64,000 nt of DNA. Origin: an uncultured Coriobacteriia bacterium. GTDB taxonomy: Bacteria > Actinomycetota > Coriobacteriia > Anaerosomatales > JAAXUF01. The position numbers and the translations under genes are program-made. The DNA is taken from contig CAWBKW010000009.1 in the NCBI GenBank assembly GCA_963789515.1, positions 31,088-95,087 on the forward strand, given 5' to 3'. Below the pieces are notes generated by a model that saw nothing but the letters and a program-made list of their open reading frames with translations, had not been told where the DNA came from and made no database searches. Every line of letters starts with the position of its first letter. Within the stretch, counting starts at the first letter, position 1. Shown one piece after another: positions 10,148-23,138 of this stretch.

Positions 10148-10657
10148 TTACTGGCCGAGTTCCTCGAGTGCGGCGAGGTACTCGCTCTTGTGCTCGCCCT
10201 CGTAGCGGCCGACGGAGCGGAAGTAGGACGCGATCTGCGGGTACCCTTCGGCCTCGGCGGTCTCCGCGAACGACGGGTACATCTCGGCGGTCTCGTAGCC
10301 TTCACCCTCCGCGGCGGCGGCGAGGTTCTGCGCGGTCGTGCCGAAGCCGCCCATGTACGCGAGGTGGCCGAGCGCGTGCGCGGTCTCCTCGGCGGCAGCG
10401 CGGTCGAAGGCGTCGAGCGCCGACTGGGGCGCGCCCTCGAGCTCGGCGATGCGCTTCCAGAGCGTGTAGCGGCGATTGGCCTGGGACTCACCGGCGAAGG
10501 CGGCCTTGAGGTTCTCGAGGGTCTCGGTGCCGGTAAGGTCGCCGGGCCCCGCGTAGAGCGAGAACGCCGTGCGCGGCGCTCCGCACACGGGGCAGTGCTC
10601 GGGAGCGGGACCGACGTGGAGGTAGCCGCATGAGCTGCATCGGTACATCTCGACCAT
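10148..10657 (-). CDS. Reverse rubrerythrin (N-terminal rubredoxin-like domain plus di-iron domain)
   Basis: CSSCGY...CPVCGA followed by AFAGESQANRRY, EETAHA, EGYE, EGEH. Confidence 0.88.
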   Translation of the reverse strand: MVEMYRCSSCGYLHVGPAPEHCPVCGAPRTAFSLYAGPGDLTGTETLENLKAAFAGESQANRRYTLWKRIAELEGAPQSALDAFDRAAAEETAHALGHLAYMGGFGTTAQNLAAAAEGEGYETAEMYPSFAETAEAEGYPQIASYFRSVGRYEGEHKSEYLAALEELGQ

Positions 10658-10838
10658 GGAGGTCTCCTTTCGTGGCCGAAGCCGGTTGCTTTCGGCGGTG
10701 ACAGGTTCCTACCCAAGCCCGTCGCCGGAAGCCGCATCATAGCCGAGCGCAAGGGGCGACGATACACGGTCGCGCGGGTAGACTGATGTCGGCCTCGCAC
10801 GAGCAGGCCGAACGATGCCGGTCGAGGAGGACGTACAG

Positions 10839-12228
10839 ATGAAGAGGCTTTCCCGAACGCTTCCCTTGTTGTTCAGCGGGCTGATGCTGGCGCTGCTGGT
10901 CGCATCTCCTGCGCTGGCTGAACCCGTCCCTGTCGCGGCGGGGAACGCCAGCGTCGCCGCGTTCCCTTCGGCTGAGAACTGCGGATGCCACTCGACGCTC
11001 GTCGATCAGTGGAGCCAGTCCCTGCACCGCCAGGCGCTCGAGGACCCGATCTTCAAGACGAAGGTCGCACAGGCGGACGCCGCCACCAACGGCAAGATCG
11101 GGCCCGTTCTGCAAGAAGTGCCACGGACCCGTCGCCGAGATGACCGGTGAGTCGGGCAAGGACACCGCTGCGATGAGCCCGAGCGCGGCACAGAGCATCG
11201 GGTGCATGTTCTGCCACCAGGCCGTCGGCAACACCGAGCCCCTCGGCAACGTCTCCCAGCTGCTCGAACTGACCCTCACCCGCCGGGCGCAGATCGAGAA
11301 CCCCCAGGCGCCGCATCCCGCCGTCTACTCGCCCTTCCATGCGACCTCGGCGATCTGCGGCGGCTGCCACAACGTGAACCATCCCATCAACGGCATGCAC
11401 CTGGAGTCGACCTACCGAGAGTGGGCTGTGAGCCCGCAGGGCAAGGCCGGCACCCAGTGCCAGGACTGCCACATGAGCCAGAAGCCGGGACAAGTCGGCC
11501 CGTCCACCGGATCGGCCGCGTACGGAGCCCCCGAGCGACCCAATATCTACCAGATGACCTTCACCGGGGCGCAGGTCGCCCTCGGCAATCCGGAACTTGC
11601 CACACAGATGCTCCAGAGTGCCGCGACGCTTGAGATGGATGCGCCCAAGGTGGTCAAGGCCGGGGAAGATGCCTCGGTGACCGTGAAGATCACCAACAGT
11701 GGCGCCGGTCACTACCTCCCGACGGGACTGACGGAGGTCCGCGAGATGTGGCTGGACGTGTCGGTCGTCGACGCTGCCGGAACTGCCACGAGCCTCGGAG
11801 AGCACAAGTTCGGCACCGTACTCAAGGACGCAGCAGGGAAGTACCCCGCCGAGCTGTGGGACGCCGTTGCCGTACAATCCGACGACCGCATACCGCCGAA
11901 GGAGAGCGTGACCCACTCGTACAAGGTCGTCCTTCCGAGCGGGGTCGAAGCAGGCACGCTCAGGGCACAGCTCCTCTACCGCTCAGTCCCCGAGGAGCTT
12001 GCGACCAAGGCGGGGGTGAAGAACCCCACGACGGTGATGGCCTCGGCCCAGCAGCCTGTCTACGCGTCTGCTGAGGCCGAGCAGAAGGCCGCGCAAGACA
12101 CCGGGTCCGCAGAGACCGCCCCGCCCAACGTCTGGCTGATCACGTTCCTCACCGTCCTCGGTGTCGGAGTTCTGGTCCTGCTTGGCGTGCTCTGGTGGCG
12201 CCGTCGCTCCTCAGGCGGGTCGGCCTAG
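10839..12228 (+). CDS. Exported multiheme c-type cytochrome (c554-like, 5 heme motifs) with C-terminal membrane anchor; one frameshift near 11100
   Basis: RBS GAGGAGG, signal peptide; motifs CGCH, CKKCH (restored by removing 1 nt near 11101-11105), CMFCH, CGGCH, CQDCH; GAGHYLPTG; hydrophobic tail ending WWRRRS. Confidence 0.85.
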
Positions 12229-12256
12229 ACGGAGCTCGTCTACCCGCACACTCAAA

Positions 12257-12289
12257 GCGAGGCCCCGACCGCTGTGGTCGGGGCCTCGC
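12257..12289. terminator. Hairpin between convergent cytochrome and htrA genes
   Basis: GCGAGGCCCCGACC-gctgt-GGTCGGGGCCTCGC perfect 14-bp stem. Confidence 0.8.
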
Positions 12290-12318
12290 GCGCTTCCTTC
12301 GGGTCGTGGATCTCAGTG

Positions 12319-13749
<1,431 letters not shown>

Positions 13750-13969
13750 TCGTGACTCCTTCTCATGGATTGTGTGGCTTTCGGGGCGCGTCGCCCGCGA
13801 AGTGCGATGATGGTACTAGCATCAAGCGCGCCGCCCACACGGACTACACGGTTTCTTCCCGACAAGACCACAGAGGTCTCGCAGGTGCGCAAGGAAGATG
13901 AACCCGCAGTTGAGCGACGGGCGCTTGGTGGCTAGACTCACCAAAGGCACACCACGATGAGGGGGCTTC

Positions 13970-14850
13970 ATGGGGGACGGGCAGGATCGCCAGGACGCCG
14001 CAGAAGGAGTGAGCGCACCGGGTGCGCAGCCGCAAGCCGAGCCGGCAGCTCTTGCAGCGGATCCTTCCGACACGGGGGGCTCGGCCACGGGCGCCTTGTT
14101 CACTGACGACGCCAGCCTCACCGGAGCCATCGCATCTCTCGAAGCACCGGAGCCGCCATCAGCCGTCCGGGACGGCGAAACGACCGCTGTTGAGCCGGCG
14201 CCGGCCGCCGACGCGGGCGCTCCGGACGCCCCGACGCGCCCGACGCGACGACGGCCGACTCCGAGATCGCCGCGCTGCAGGCCGACCTCGAAGCATCCGG
14301 CGCGGACCACCCCGCCGAGGCTGCCCCGGCCGTCGTGGTCACCGCCGGCGCGGAGACGGTGAGCGCCGAGGACGTGCCGGTTGCAGCTGTCGCCGAGGCC
14401 GAGGCTGTCGCAGCACCGTCGGAGTCCCTCGACGACATCGCCCCGGGCACCGTGGGTGGAGAGCAGGCCGCGATCGAGGACGCCGGGGACATCGCGCTGC
14501 CCAACGATCGTCCGGGCGTGCCCATCTGGCCGTTCATCGTCTACTTCGCGGCGTGGGTGGTGTTCGCCGCGCTGCTCGTATGGCAGTTCATGCAGACTCC
14601 TGCCGGCATGCCCCTCTATGAACTCGCGATCTACGGACCCAGCATCCTCCTGGGTCTGGTGCTCACCGTCATGGGCCCCCTGGTGGCCATCGCAGTCTGG
14701 CTCGTGGTCTGGCTGACTCGGCCGGGCGCCCGGGCCGGGCTCTTCAGCCGCTGCCTGATCCTCGGCGCAGTGGCCACACTGGGCGGGGTCGCGGTGTGGC
14801 TGGTGGCACTCGGCGTCGTGGACATGCTTCGCCTCGGCAGGCTGCTCTAG
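13970..14850 (+). CDS. Hypothetical membrane protein (acidic Ala/Pro-rich N-terminus, about 3 TM helices); frameshift near 14230-14250
   Basis: ORFs 13970.. and ..14850 share composition and join across a GACGCCCC/GACGCG repeat patch. Confidence 0.6.
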
Positions 14851-14866
14851 CCCGAAGGGACTCGCT

Positions 14867-15813
14867 GTGACCATCACTCCCGACGAGATTCGCGTCGCCG
14901 TCCTGTACGGCGGAAGATCCGCCGAGCGTGCCGTGTCGCTCAACACCGGCGCACAGGTGTCCAAGGCGCTGCAGGGACTGGGATTCGATGTCGTCCCGAT
15001 AGACACCGGCGACGACGAGTTCATCATCGCGCTCACGCGCGCCGAGGCCGACGTGGCGTTCATCTGCCTGCACGGCCGATTCGGCGAGGACGGCACCGTC
15101 CAGGGGCTGTGCGAGCTGCTTGAGCTCCCGTACGTGGGCTCCGGTGTCCTCGCTAGTGCGCTGGCGCTCGAGAAGGTCAAGAGCAAGCAGTTCTTCTCGC
15201 TGGTGGGACTACCCACTCCCGACTACGCGGTGGTCCACCGCGGCTCTCTCTACGACGTCGACGCCCTGGTGTCGTCGCTCGGCGAGAAGACCGTCGTCAA
15301 GCCGGCCAGCGAGGGCTCGTCGGTGGGCATGACGATCGTCCACCACTCCGGCGAGCTCGCCGATGCGATCGAGAAGGCCTTCGAATACGACCGCGACGTG
15401 CTCGTAGAGCGCTTCGTCGAAGGCACCGAGGTCACGATCGCGGTGATCGGCAACGACGATGTGGTCGCGCTGCCGACCCTCGAGATCGTCCCGGAGCACG
15501 AGTTCTACGACTACGACTCCAAGTACGTGCCGGGCATGAGCAGCCACATCATCCCGGCGCGGGTGAGCGAAGGCGGCCCGCGCAGAGTGCCAGCGGCTCG
15601 CCGTCGCGGCCCACAAGACGCTCGGCTGCAGGGGCATGTCGCGTGCCGACACGATCGTCGAGCCCGACGGCAGCCGTCTGGCTGCTCGAGGTGAACACCA
15701 TCCCGGGCATGACCTCGACCTCCCTTGTGCCGGATGCCGCCCGAGCGGCCGGAATCGAGTTCCCGGAGCTGTGCCGGATGCTCGTGGGGTTCGCGCTCGA
15801 GCCGATCCGCTAG
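14867..15813 (+). CDS. ddl: D-alanine--D-alanine ligase; two frameshifts (near 15572 and 15674)
   Basis: [38 protein letters not shown]; the C-terminal [15 protein letters not shown] lies in another frame ending at TAG 15811-15813. Confidence 0.9.
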
Positions 15814-15848
15814 CTCGCCGAGTTCCGGTCGGGCGGACGTCGACCGCG

Positions 15849-16527
15849 CTACGCGCGCGGGAGCTCGATGCGCGCGACGGTTCCGCCGCCTTCTCGTGCG
15901 GTGAAGGTCAGCCGTCCGTCGTGACCCTGCGCTACGTTGTGCGCGATGCTGAGGCCAAGCCCGCTCCCAGGGGTGTCCGCATCACGATCCAGCCGGGCGA
16001 AGGGCTCGACGACGCGCGCCAGTTCGTCTTCGGGGATTCCCGGTCCGCGGTCCGCGACCTCGACGAACGCCACGGGACCGGACTCGCACGTCCTCCTCGG
16101 CGACACGCACCTCGATCGGCGCGTTTCTCAGTGAGTACTTGGCGGCGTTGTCGATCAGGTTTCCGAGGACCCGCGCAAGGGCGTCCTCATCGCCGAGAAC
16201 CATGGCAGAGCCCTCGGCCGTGAGTTCGATGGTGCGGCCGGTGGCCGAGCGCAGATCGGCAACGACCTGCTCGGCAAGCACGGCCAGTGAGATGGGCCCC
16301 GGGGCGCGGGCCGCCGAGGCAGGCGCGCGTCCGGCGAGTGCGTCGGAGCACAGCGTGTCGGCTCGGCGGATCGCACGCTCGATGCCGTCGAGTGCCGACT
16401 CGCGCTCGGCCGCGGAAAGCGGACGGCGCAGGAGTTCGGTGTAGCCCGCAATGATGGTGAGCGCGCCGCGAAGCTCGTGAGCGTACGCCGCGAGGTCTTC
16501 GTGGGGCAGCGGGGAGTGTTGGGTCAT
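15849..16527 (-). CDS. Sensor-less histidine kinase (HisKA plus HATPase); frameshift near 16090
   Basis: AHELRGALT H-box, NLIDNAAKY N-box, DRGPGI and GSGLGLSI G-boxes across two frames. Confidence 0.8.
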
Positions 16528-19285
16528 CGAGACGGTCCCTTGCGACGCCGCGCGACTGCGGGCCGCCGTGAACAGCTTGGCCGCGTCGAGGATCGCGATG
16601 GCTGCGACGCTGGCGACTATCACCGCGAGCCAGTGGACCGGGCTCAGCGCGGCGGTCTTGAACACCGACTGCGCTGCCGGCAGGTAGATGACCAGGCACT
16701 GCAGCGCCATGGATCCGACGAGTCCGGCCAAGAGCCAACGGTTGGCGAACGAGCGCGAGCTCCAGACGCTCTCGGTTTCGCTGCGGAAGTTGAAGGAGTG
16801 GAGGAGCTGTGTGAGTACGAGGGCCGCGAAGAGCATCGTGCGGTCGATGTTGGGCGTCATGCCGGGGAGCAGAGGCGCCACCAGGTAGTAGAGTCCGAGA
16901 CAGGCACCCGTCATCACCGCGCCCTGCCACAGGATCTGGATCTTCCGCGGTCGACTCAGGATCGACTCGTCAGCCTTGCGTGGAGTGCGGTCCATCACGC
17001 CGGACATCGCCGGGATCGACGCCGAGGGCGAGCGCGGGCAGGCCGTCGGTCACCAGGTTGATCCACAGGAGCTGGAGTGGCAGCAGGGCTGCCGAGGGGG
17101 AGAGGAGCGCGGTCACGAAGACGACCAGCACCTCCGACATATTGCAGGACAGGAGGAAGAGGATCACCTTGCGCAGGTTGTCGAAGACCACACGTCCTTG
17201 CTCGACCGCGTGGACGATGGTCGCGAAGTTGTCGTCGGACAGCACCATGTCCGCAGCCTCGCGAGCCACGTCGGTGCCCACCTTGCCCATGGCGATCCCG
17301 ATGTCGGCCCGCTTGAGCGCCGGCGCGTCGTTGACCCCGTCACCGGTCATGGCGACCACCTCGCCGTTGCGCTTGAGCGCATCAACGATTCGCAGCTTGT
17401 GCTCCGGGTTCACCCGGGCGTAGACGCGGATGTCGCGCACCTGCTCGGCGAGCTCGTCGTCGCTCATCACCTCGAGCTCTTGACCGGTCACCACCCGGTC
17501 GGTGTCGAGCAGTCCGATGTCGGCGGCGATGGCGCGCGCCGTCAGCGCGTGGTCTCCGGTCACCATGGCGACGTGGATGCCGGCGCGGTGGCACTCGGCG
17601 ATCGCATCGCGGACTTCCTCGCGAGGCGGGTCGACCAGACAGAGTATCCCTACGTACGTCAGGTCCCGCTCGATATCCTTTGAGTGCTCGGGCAGGCCGT
17701 CTTCCAGCTCACGGACCGCGAAAGCGAGGGTGCGGTAGCCGGACGCCGCGAGCCTGGAGTTAGCGGCGGAGATCGCGCTGCTGGTCTCCTCGGAGAGGGG
17801 CACCACCTCACCGCGCAGGCGTGCATGCGTACACAGTGCGAGGACGACGTCGGCGCCGCCCTTGGTGTAGGCGGTGAGCGCGCCGTCAACGCTGTGTACG
17901 GTGGTCATGCGCTTGCGTTCCGAATCGAACGGCACCTCCGAGACACGCTTGGGTCGCAGGTGACCGGGGGCCAGCTGCTTCGCCGCGACGAGGAGTGCCG
18001 TCTCGGTCGGGTCGCCCACGAGTTCGCCGGCGGCGGTGATCCGCGCATCGTTGTTCGCGGCGGCCATTTCCAGCAGCAAGGCGAGATCTTCGGCATTCGG
18101 AGAGCTCTCGGCCGGCTCAAGTCCGTTCTCAGACGTGACGCGGACGTCGTCGAGGCCGACCATCAGCCGCTTGACGGTCATCTCGTTCTTGGTGAGCGTG
18201 CCGGTCTTGTCGGAGCAGATGAACGTGGTCGAGCCGAGCGTCTCGACGGCGTGCAGTTTTCGCACGATGGCATGACGCTCGGCCATCTTGCGCACCCCGA
18301 GCGACAGAGAGACCGTCACGATCGCCGGCAGCCCCTCGGGGATAGCGGCGACAGCCAGCGAGACCGCGACCAGCAGCCCGGCCGAGAGGCCCGCGCGGAA
18401 CGCAGGGTCGCCCAGATCGTCGATCAGCGAGCCACCGATCTTGCTCCACTCGACCCAGGCCTCTTCGAAGAACACGATCGCAGCGATCACCAGCACGAGG
18501 ACGGCGATGCTCTTCCCGACGATCGCCAGCTCCTTCTGGAGCGGGGTCGTCTCGTCGTCGGTGGCTGCAAGCAGGTCGGCGATCTTGCCCATCTCCGTGG
18601 CTTGGCCCGTTGCCGTGACGATCATCCGGCCGCGACCCACCGCCACCGCCGTACCGGCGAACACCATGTCCCGCTGGTCGCCCAAGGGGGCGTCGGGCTC
18701 CGGCACCGCCTCCGCGCGCTTTCGGGCGGGCTTGCTCTCGCCCGTGAGCGCGGACTCGACCACACGCAGCGCCGCCGCCTCGGCGAGGCGACCGTCTGCC
18801 GGCACCTTGTCGCCGGCCTCGAGCAGCACGATGTCGCCCGTGACGAGCTGCTCGGCGGGGATGTCGCTCTCGGCGCCATCCCGAATGACGGTGGCGATGG
18901 GGGCCGACAGCTGCTTCAGGGCGTCGAGCGCCTTCTCGGCGCGATACTCCTGGACGAAGCCGAGCACACCGTTGAGGAGCAGGATCGCCAGGATCGCGAT
19001 CGACTCGGGCACCTGACCTTCGAACGCCGAGATACCGACCGCGAAGAGCAGGACGTAGATCATGAAGTCGTTGTACTGGGAGACGAACAGCCGCCAGGCG
19101 GGGGTCTTCGGCTTCTCGTCGAGCCGGTTCGGGCCATTCGCTGCCAGTCGCACCTCGGCCTCGGCTGTGGAGAGGCCGAGCTCGGGATCGCTGCTGAGGC
19201 GTTCCGCGACCTCGGACACGGCGAGGGCATGCCAGACGGCGAACTCGTTGCGGGTCGTGGCTGCAGGGGAGTGGGGCTGCGTCAT
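16524..19285 (-). CDS. Cation-transporting P-type ATPase (type IIA, Ca2+-like); frameshift near 17012, 3' end uncertain
   Basis: [45 protein letters not shown]; C-terminal TM helices continue in ORF 15982..17007. Confidence 0.9.
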
Positions 19286-19511
19286 GGGTCCTCCGGCGGG
19301 TGGCATGTACGTGCTCACCGCCGAGAGTCTTGCTGCAAACGGACAGAACCGGGGCGTGTCGCCCGTGATGACGGCCTGCCTCCCCGGTGGTGTACCGGAG
19401 CGCTACTCCCTCTCGACTGCTCGATGCTAGCAGAAGCCGGAGTCAGGGGTGCGTGGACGCGCCGAGGCCATGCTGCAACGATCGACGTGGCGTCCGCCTC
19501 ACGGCACGGGT

Positions 19512-20377
19512 TCAGTCGCGCTCCCGCAACGACGCGGCCATGTCGCGGCCACAGGGCGTGACCGCGAGTCCTCCCAGCGCGGTCTCGCGCAGGGAGGGGG
19601 GCAGTGAGCGGCCGACCCAGCCCATCGCGTCGACGACCTCGTCGAACGGGACGGGGAACTCGACGCCCGCGAGTGCCATCTGGGAGGCGGCCAGCGCGAC
19701 CGAGGCACCGGTGGCGTTACGGAAGACGCACGGCACCTCGACGAGCCCGCCGATCGGATCGCACACGAGCCCCATCTGGCCCTGCAGCGCCAGAGACGCC
19801 GCCTGACCGGCCTGGGCCGGCGTTCCGCCCAGCAGTTCGACCGAGGCTGCAGCGGCCATCGCCGCGGCGGAGCCGATCTCGGCCTGGCAACCCCCCACAG
19901 CACCCGACAGCGTGGCCCGCGAGGCGATGACTCCGCCGACGCCGGCCGCACAGAACAGCGCGTCGACGAGCTGCTCGTCGGTCGCCCCGCACTGCTCTCC
20001 AACGCCGAGCAGCACCGCGGGCAGCACGCCTGAGGCTCCTCCGGTCGGGGCGGCGACGATGCGGCCCATCGCCGCGTTGACCTCGCCTGTCGCCAAGGCG
20101 GCGGCGATGACTCTCGCGAAGGTGCCGCCGAGCGGACCGGCCTCGGATCGGCGACCCGGTGCGCGTCGCCGCCGACGAATCCGGAGCGCGATCTCACTTC
20201 GCCGGTCAGCCCCGACGTCACCGCCTGCCGCATCACGGCGAGCGTCTCGGCCATCCGTTCGCGAGCCTCGGCCGGAGCCACCCCCGACTCCTCGGCCTCG
20301 AGCTCGAGTGCAGCTCCGCCGAGAGAACCGCACCGCGCGGACGCGGAGAGCAGGTCGGTGAAGGACGCGTAGGCCAT
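19512..20377 (-). CDS. sdaAA: L-serine dehydratase alpha subunit (Fe-S); frameshift near 20150
   Basis: EVNAAMGRIVAAPTGG, GGCQAEIGSA, GLVCDPIGGLVEVPC, LRETALGGLA. Confidence 0.9.
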
Positions 20378-20513
20378 GAGGGTGTCCCTTCGGTCGCGAA
20401 CAGGTCGTAGTGGCTCGCAGCGCCCACCGACCGTCCTCGGCGATTGTAGCGCGGGCGGTGAACGAAGGCGGATGGGCGTCTCCGGATCAATCCTAACTAT
20501 TCTTGTCGGGTTA

Positions 20514-20543
20514 TTGACGGCGCCCGCCACGAGGGCGTAGTAT
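20514..20543 (+). promoter_or_regulatory. Sigma70-type promoter of the feo operon
   Basis: TTGACG-N18-TAGTAT upstream of feoA. Confidence 0.65.
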
Positions 20544-20559
20544 CTGCCCAGTAACGGAG

Positions 20560-20573
20560 TTAGCATATGCTAA
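20560..20573. promoter_or_regulatory. Putative DtxR/IdeR-family metal repressor operator
   Basis: Perfect palindrome TTAGCATATGCTAA (flanked by GTAAC/GTTAC) just downstream of the feo promoter; resembles the TTAG..CTAA core of DtxR boxes. Confidence 0.6.
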
Positions 20574-20655
20574 GTGTTACCGCGCCAGCGACATCGCGCG
20601 AAGCCACGTGAATCCGCCGCAAAGCGGCGATCATGCTCAGAAGGAGCTCGCAAGA

Positions 20656-20961
20656 ATGGAAGACTCGACCGTCCCGATCGCCCACATCGAAACGCCCCTG
20701 CTCTGTGATCTGTGCTCGCTTGACTGCGTGCGCAAGGGTGAGCGCATCGAGATCGTGTCGGTGGACGACAAGCACGCCCGCGTTCAGGCACTGCGCTTCG
20801 GCATGGCCGAGGGCGCGTGCGTCGAATGCGTGACCAAGATCCCGGCCGGCCCGCTCGTCATCAAGAGCGGCAGGCAGGAGATCGCCGTCGGACGCGCGCT
20901 CGCGAAGCGCATCAGCGTCCGCAGGTTGCGTAGCAGCTCTCCAGCGTTCTGCGCGCGTTAA
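20656..20961 (+). CDS. feoA: Ferrous iron transport protein A
   Basis: LRFGMAEG...GPLVIKSGRQEIAVGRALA FeoA pattern; RBS AAGGAG. Confidence 0.85.
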   Translation: MEDSTVPIAHIETPLLCDLCSLDCVRKGERIEIVSVDDKHARVQALRFGMAEGACVECVTKIPAGPLVIKSGRQEIAVGRALAKRISVRRLRSSSPAFCAR

Positions 20962-21022
20962 GGCGCGCGACACCAAGACGGAAGCGGGCGGCAGCCGGCA
21001 CCGCACAGATAGGAGATGAGCC

Positions 21023-22881
21023 GTGAGCGAAGCTCACTGCCACACCGCCGCCGGCACCAAGGCGCGCGCCGGAGCCGAGACCATCGTTCTGGCCGGCAAC
21101 CCCAACGTCGGCAAGTCGGTCGTGTTCAACGCGCTGACCGGCACCTACGTCGACGTCAGCAACTTCCCCGGCACCACCGTCGAGCTGACTCGAGGGCGTC
21201 TCGGCGAGCACGACGTGATCGACACGCCGGGCGTCTACGGCGTCAGCTCGTTCAACGACGAGGAGACCGTCGCGCGCGACATCATCCTGTCGGGCGACAT
21301 CGTCATCAACGTGGTCGACGCGGTGCATCTCGAGCGCGACCTGTTCCTCACGCTGCAGCTCGTCGACATGGGCAAGCGCATGGTCGTCGCGCTCAACATG
21401 GCCGACGAGGCCCGCAAGCGGGGCGTCGCCGTCGACCGCGATCTGCTCGAGGACCTGCTCGGCGTGCCGGTGATCGAGACCGTCGCGGTCGAAGGCAAGG
21501 GATTCGACGAGCTCATCGCGGCGATCCCGCGTGCCCGCTGCGGCCACGCCGACGCCGAGCTCGACGTCGACATCGTCGAGATGGCCTCACGCGTGGGCAC
21601 GCGAGCCGAGGCGCTGCTGGTGCTCGAGGGCGACGAGTTCGTCAGCGAGCGGCACGGGGTTCCGGCCGGGACCGCGCGCGACGCCATCTACCTGCGCCGG
21701 CGCCATCGCGTCAACGACGTCTGCGGGCACGTCATCACCGAGACCGTGCAGGGCGCGTCGTTCTCGGCGAAGCTCTCGCACGCGATGATGCACCCGCTGA
21801 CCGGCATCCCGATGCTGTTCCTCCTGCTCTACGCGATGTGGGTCGTGATCGGGCAGTGGGTCGCGGGAGACATCGTCGGCTTCCTCGAAGGCACGATCAT
21901 GAACGGCTACTACGAGCCGTTCGTGCGCGGGATCGTCGGGCAGGTGTTCGCGCCCGGCACGGCGATGTTCACGATCCTCGCCGGCGAGTTCGGCGTGCTC
22001 ACCATGACGCCGACCTACCTCCTCGGCGGTCATCCTGCCGCTCGTCACCGCGTTCTACCTGCTGCTCTCCGCGCTCGAAGACACCGGCTACCTGCCGAGG
22101 ATCGCCGCGCTGACCGACCGCTCGCTCATGGCGATGGGACTCAACGGGCGCGCGGTCATCCCGCTCATCCTCGGCCTGGGCTGCGTGACGATGGGCACGC
22201 TGACGACGCGCATCCTCGGCAGCAAGCGCGAGCGCTTCATCGCGACGGCGCTCATGGCCATCGCGGTGCCGTGCTCGGCGCAGATCGCCGTCATCGCCGC
22301 GCTCATGGCCAAGACCGGCGCCGTCTACGCGGGCGCCTACCTTGCGATCCTGTTCGCGATCTTCGTGGCGCTGGGCACCGTTCTGCACCGCATCATGCCC
22401 GGGCAGTCGACCGACCTGCTCATCGACCTGCCGTCGCTGCGACTTCCGCGGCTCGACAACGTCGTTCGCAAGAGCGGCGTCAAGGTCTGGGGCTTCATGA
22501 AGGAGGTCACCGTCTTCTTCCTCGCGGGCGCCGCGTTCATCTCGGTGCTCCAGGTGCTCGGGCGTTCTCAGGTGGATCATCCGCGTCGCCGCGCCGGTCA
22601 CCATAGGGTGGCTCGGGCTGCCGCCGCAGGCCGCCGCCGCGTTCGTGATGGGCTTCGTTCGCCGAGACTTCGGCGCCGCGGGGTTCTTCTCGATGAACCT
22701 CACGTCCGCGCAGCTGCTCGTGGCGATGGTGACGATCACGCTCTTCGTGCCGTGCATCGCGAGCACGATGGTCGTGCTCAAGGAGCGCGGCTGGCCGTTC
22801 ACGATCGGGCTGTTCGCCAGCTCGATCGGGCTCGCGTTCCTGCTCGGCGGGATCATCGCCCGCGTCGTCGGCGTGGCGTAG
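21023..22881 (+). CDS. feoB: Ferrous iron transport protein B; frameshifts near 22030 and 22560
   Basis: GNPNVGKS, NFPGTTV, DTPG, NMAD GTPase motifs; EDTGYL, LGLGC, VPCSAQ and LFVPCIA in successive frames. Confidence 0.9.
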
Positions 22882-22892
22882 AGGAGGCGGCC

Positions 22893-23100
22893 ATGGGAAT
22901 CCTCGCGAAGTGCCCGTCGTGCGGGATGGCGTCACCGGAGATCCGCTGCCCGCGCTGCAACGCGCTGAAGGTCGTGGGCTGCTCGGGCTCGTGCGCCCTG
23001 TGCAAGAGCGACTGCGAGAGCGATGCATGCGCGCCGGAGCCGGCACTGGCCGGCGAGGGGGATGCGCACAAGTCGCCCGCGACGAGGCTCGGACGGCTAG
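22893..23100 (+). CDS. Small Cys-rich protein associated with feoB (3' end uncertain)
   Basis: RBS GAGGAGG; MGILAKCPSCG...CPRCNALKVVGCSGSCALCKSDC; the TAG at 23098-23100 needs a 1-nt shift. Confidence 0.6.
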
Positions 23101-23138
23101 ACTCCTCTTGTCGGAGCACCACCCGTCGAGGAGTACCG

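Noticed and set aside
7432-10800. 1122-aa minus-strand ORF and similar long overlapping ORFs (e.g. 5425..7209, 17684..19561)
   Set aside because: Arg/Pro-rich or antisense shadow ORFs of well-supported genes, expected at high GC
14215-14262. GACGCC/GACGCG short tandem repeat as a contingency locus
   Set aside because: Short, imperfect coding repeat (Asp-Ala-Pro) in a low-complexity linker
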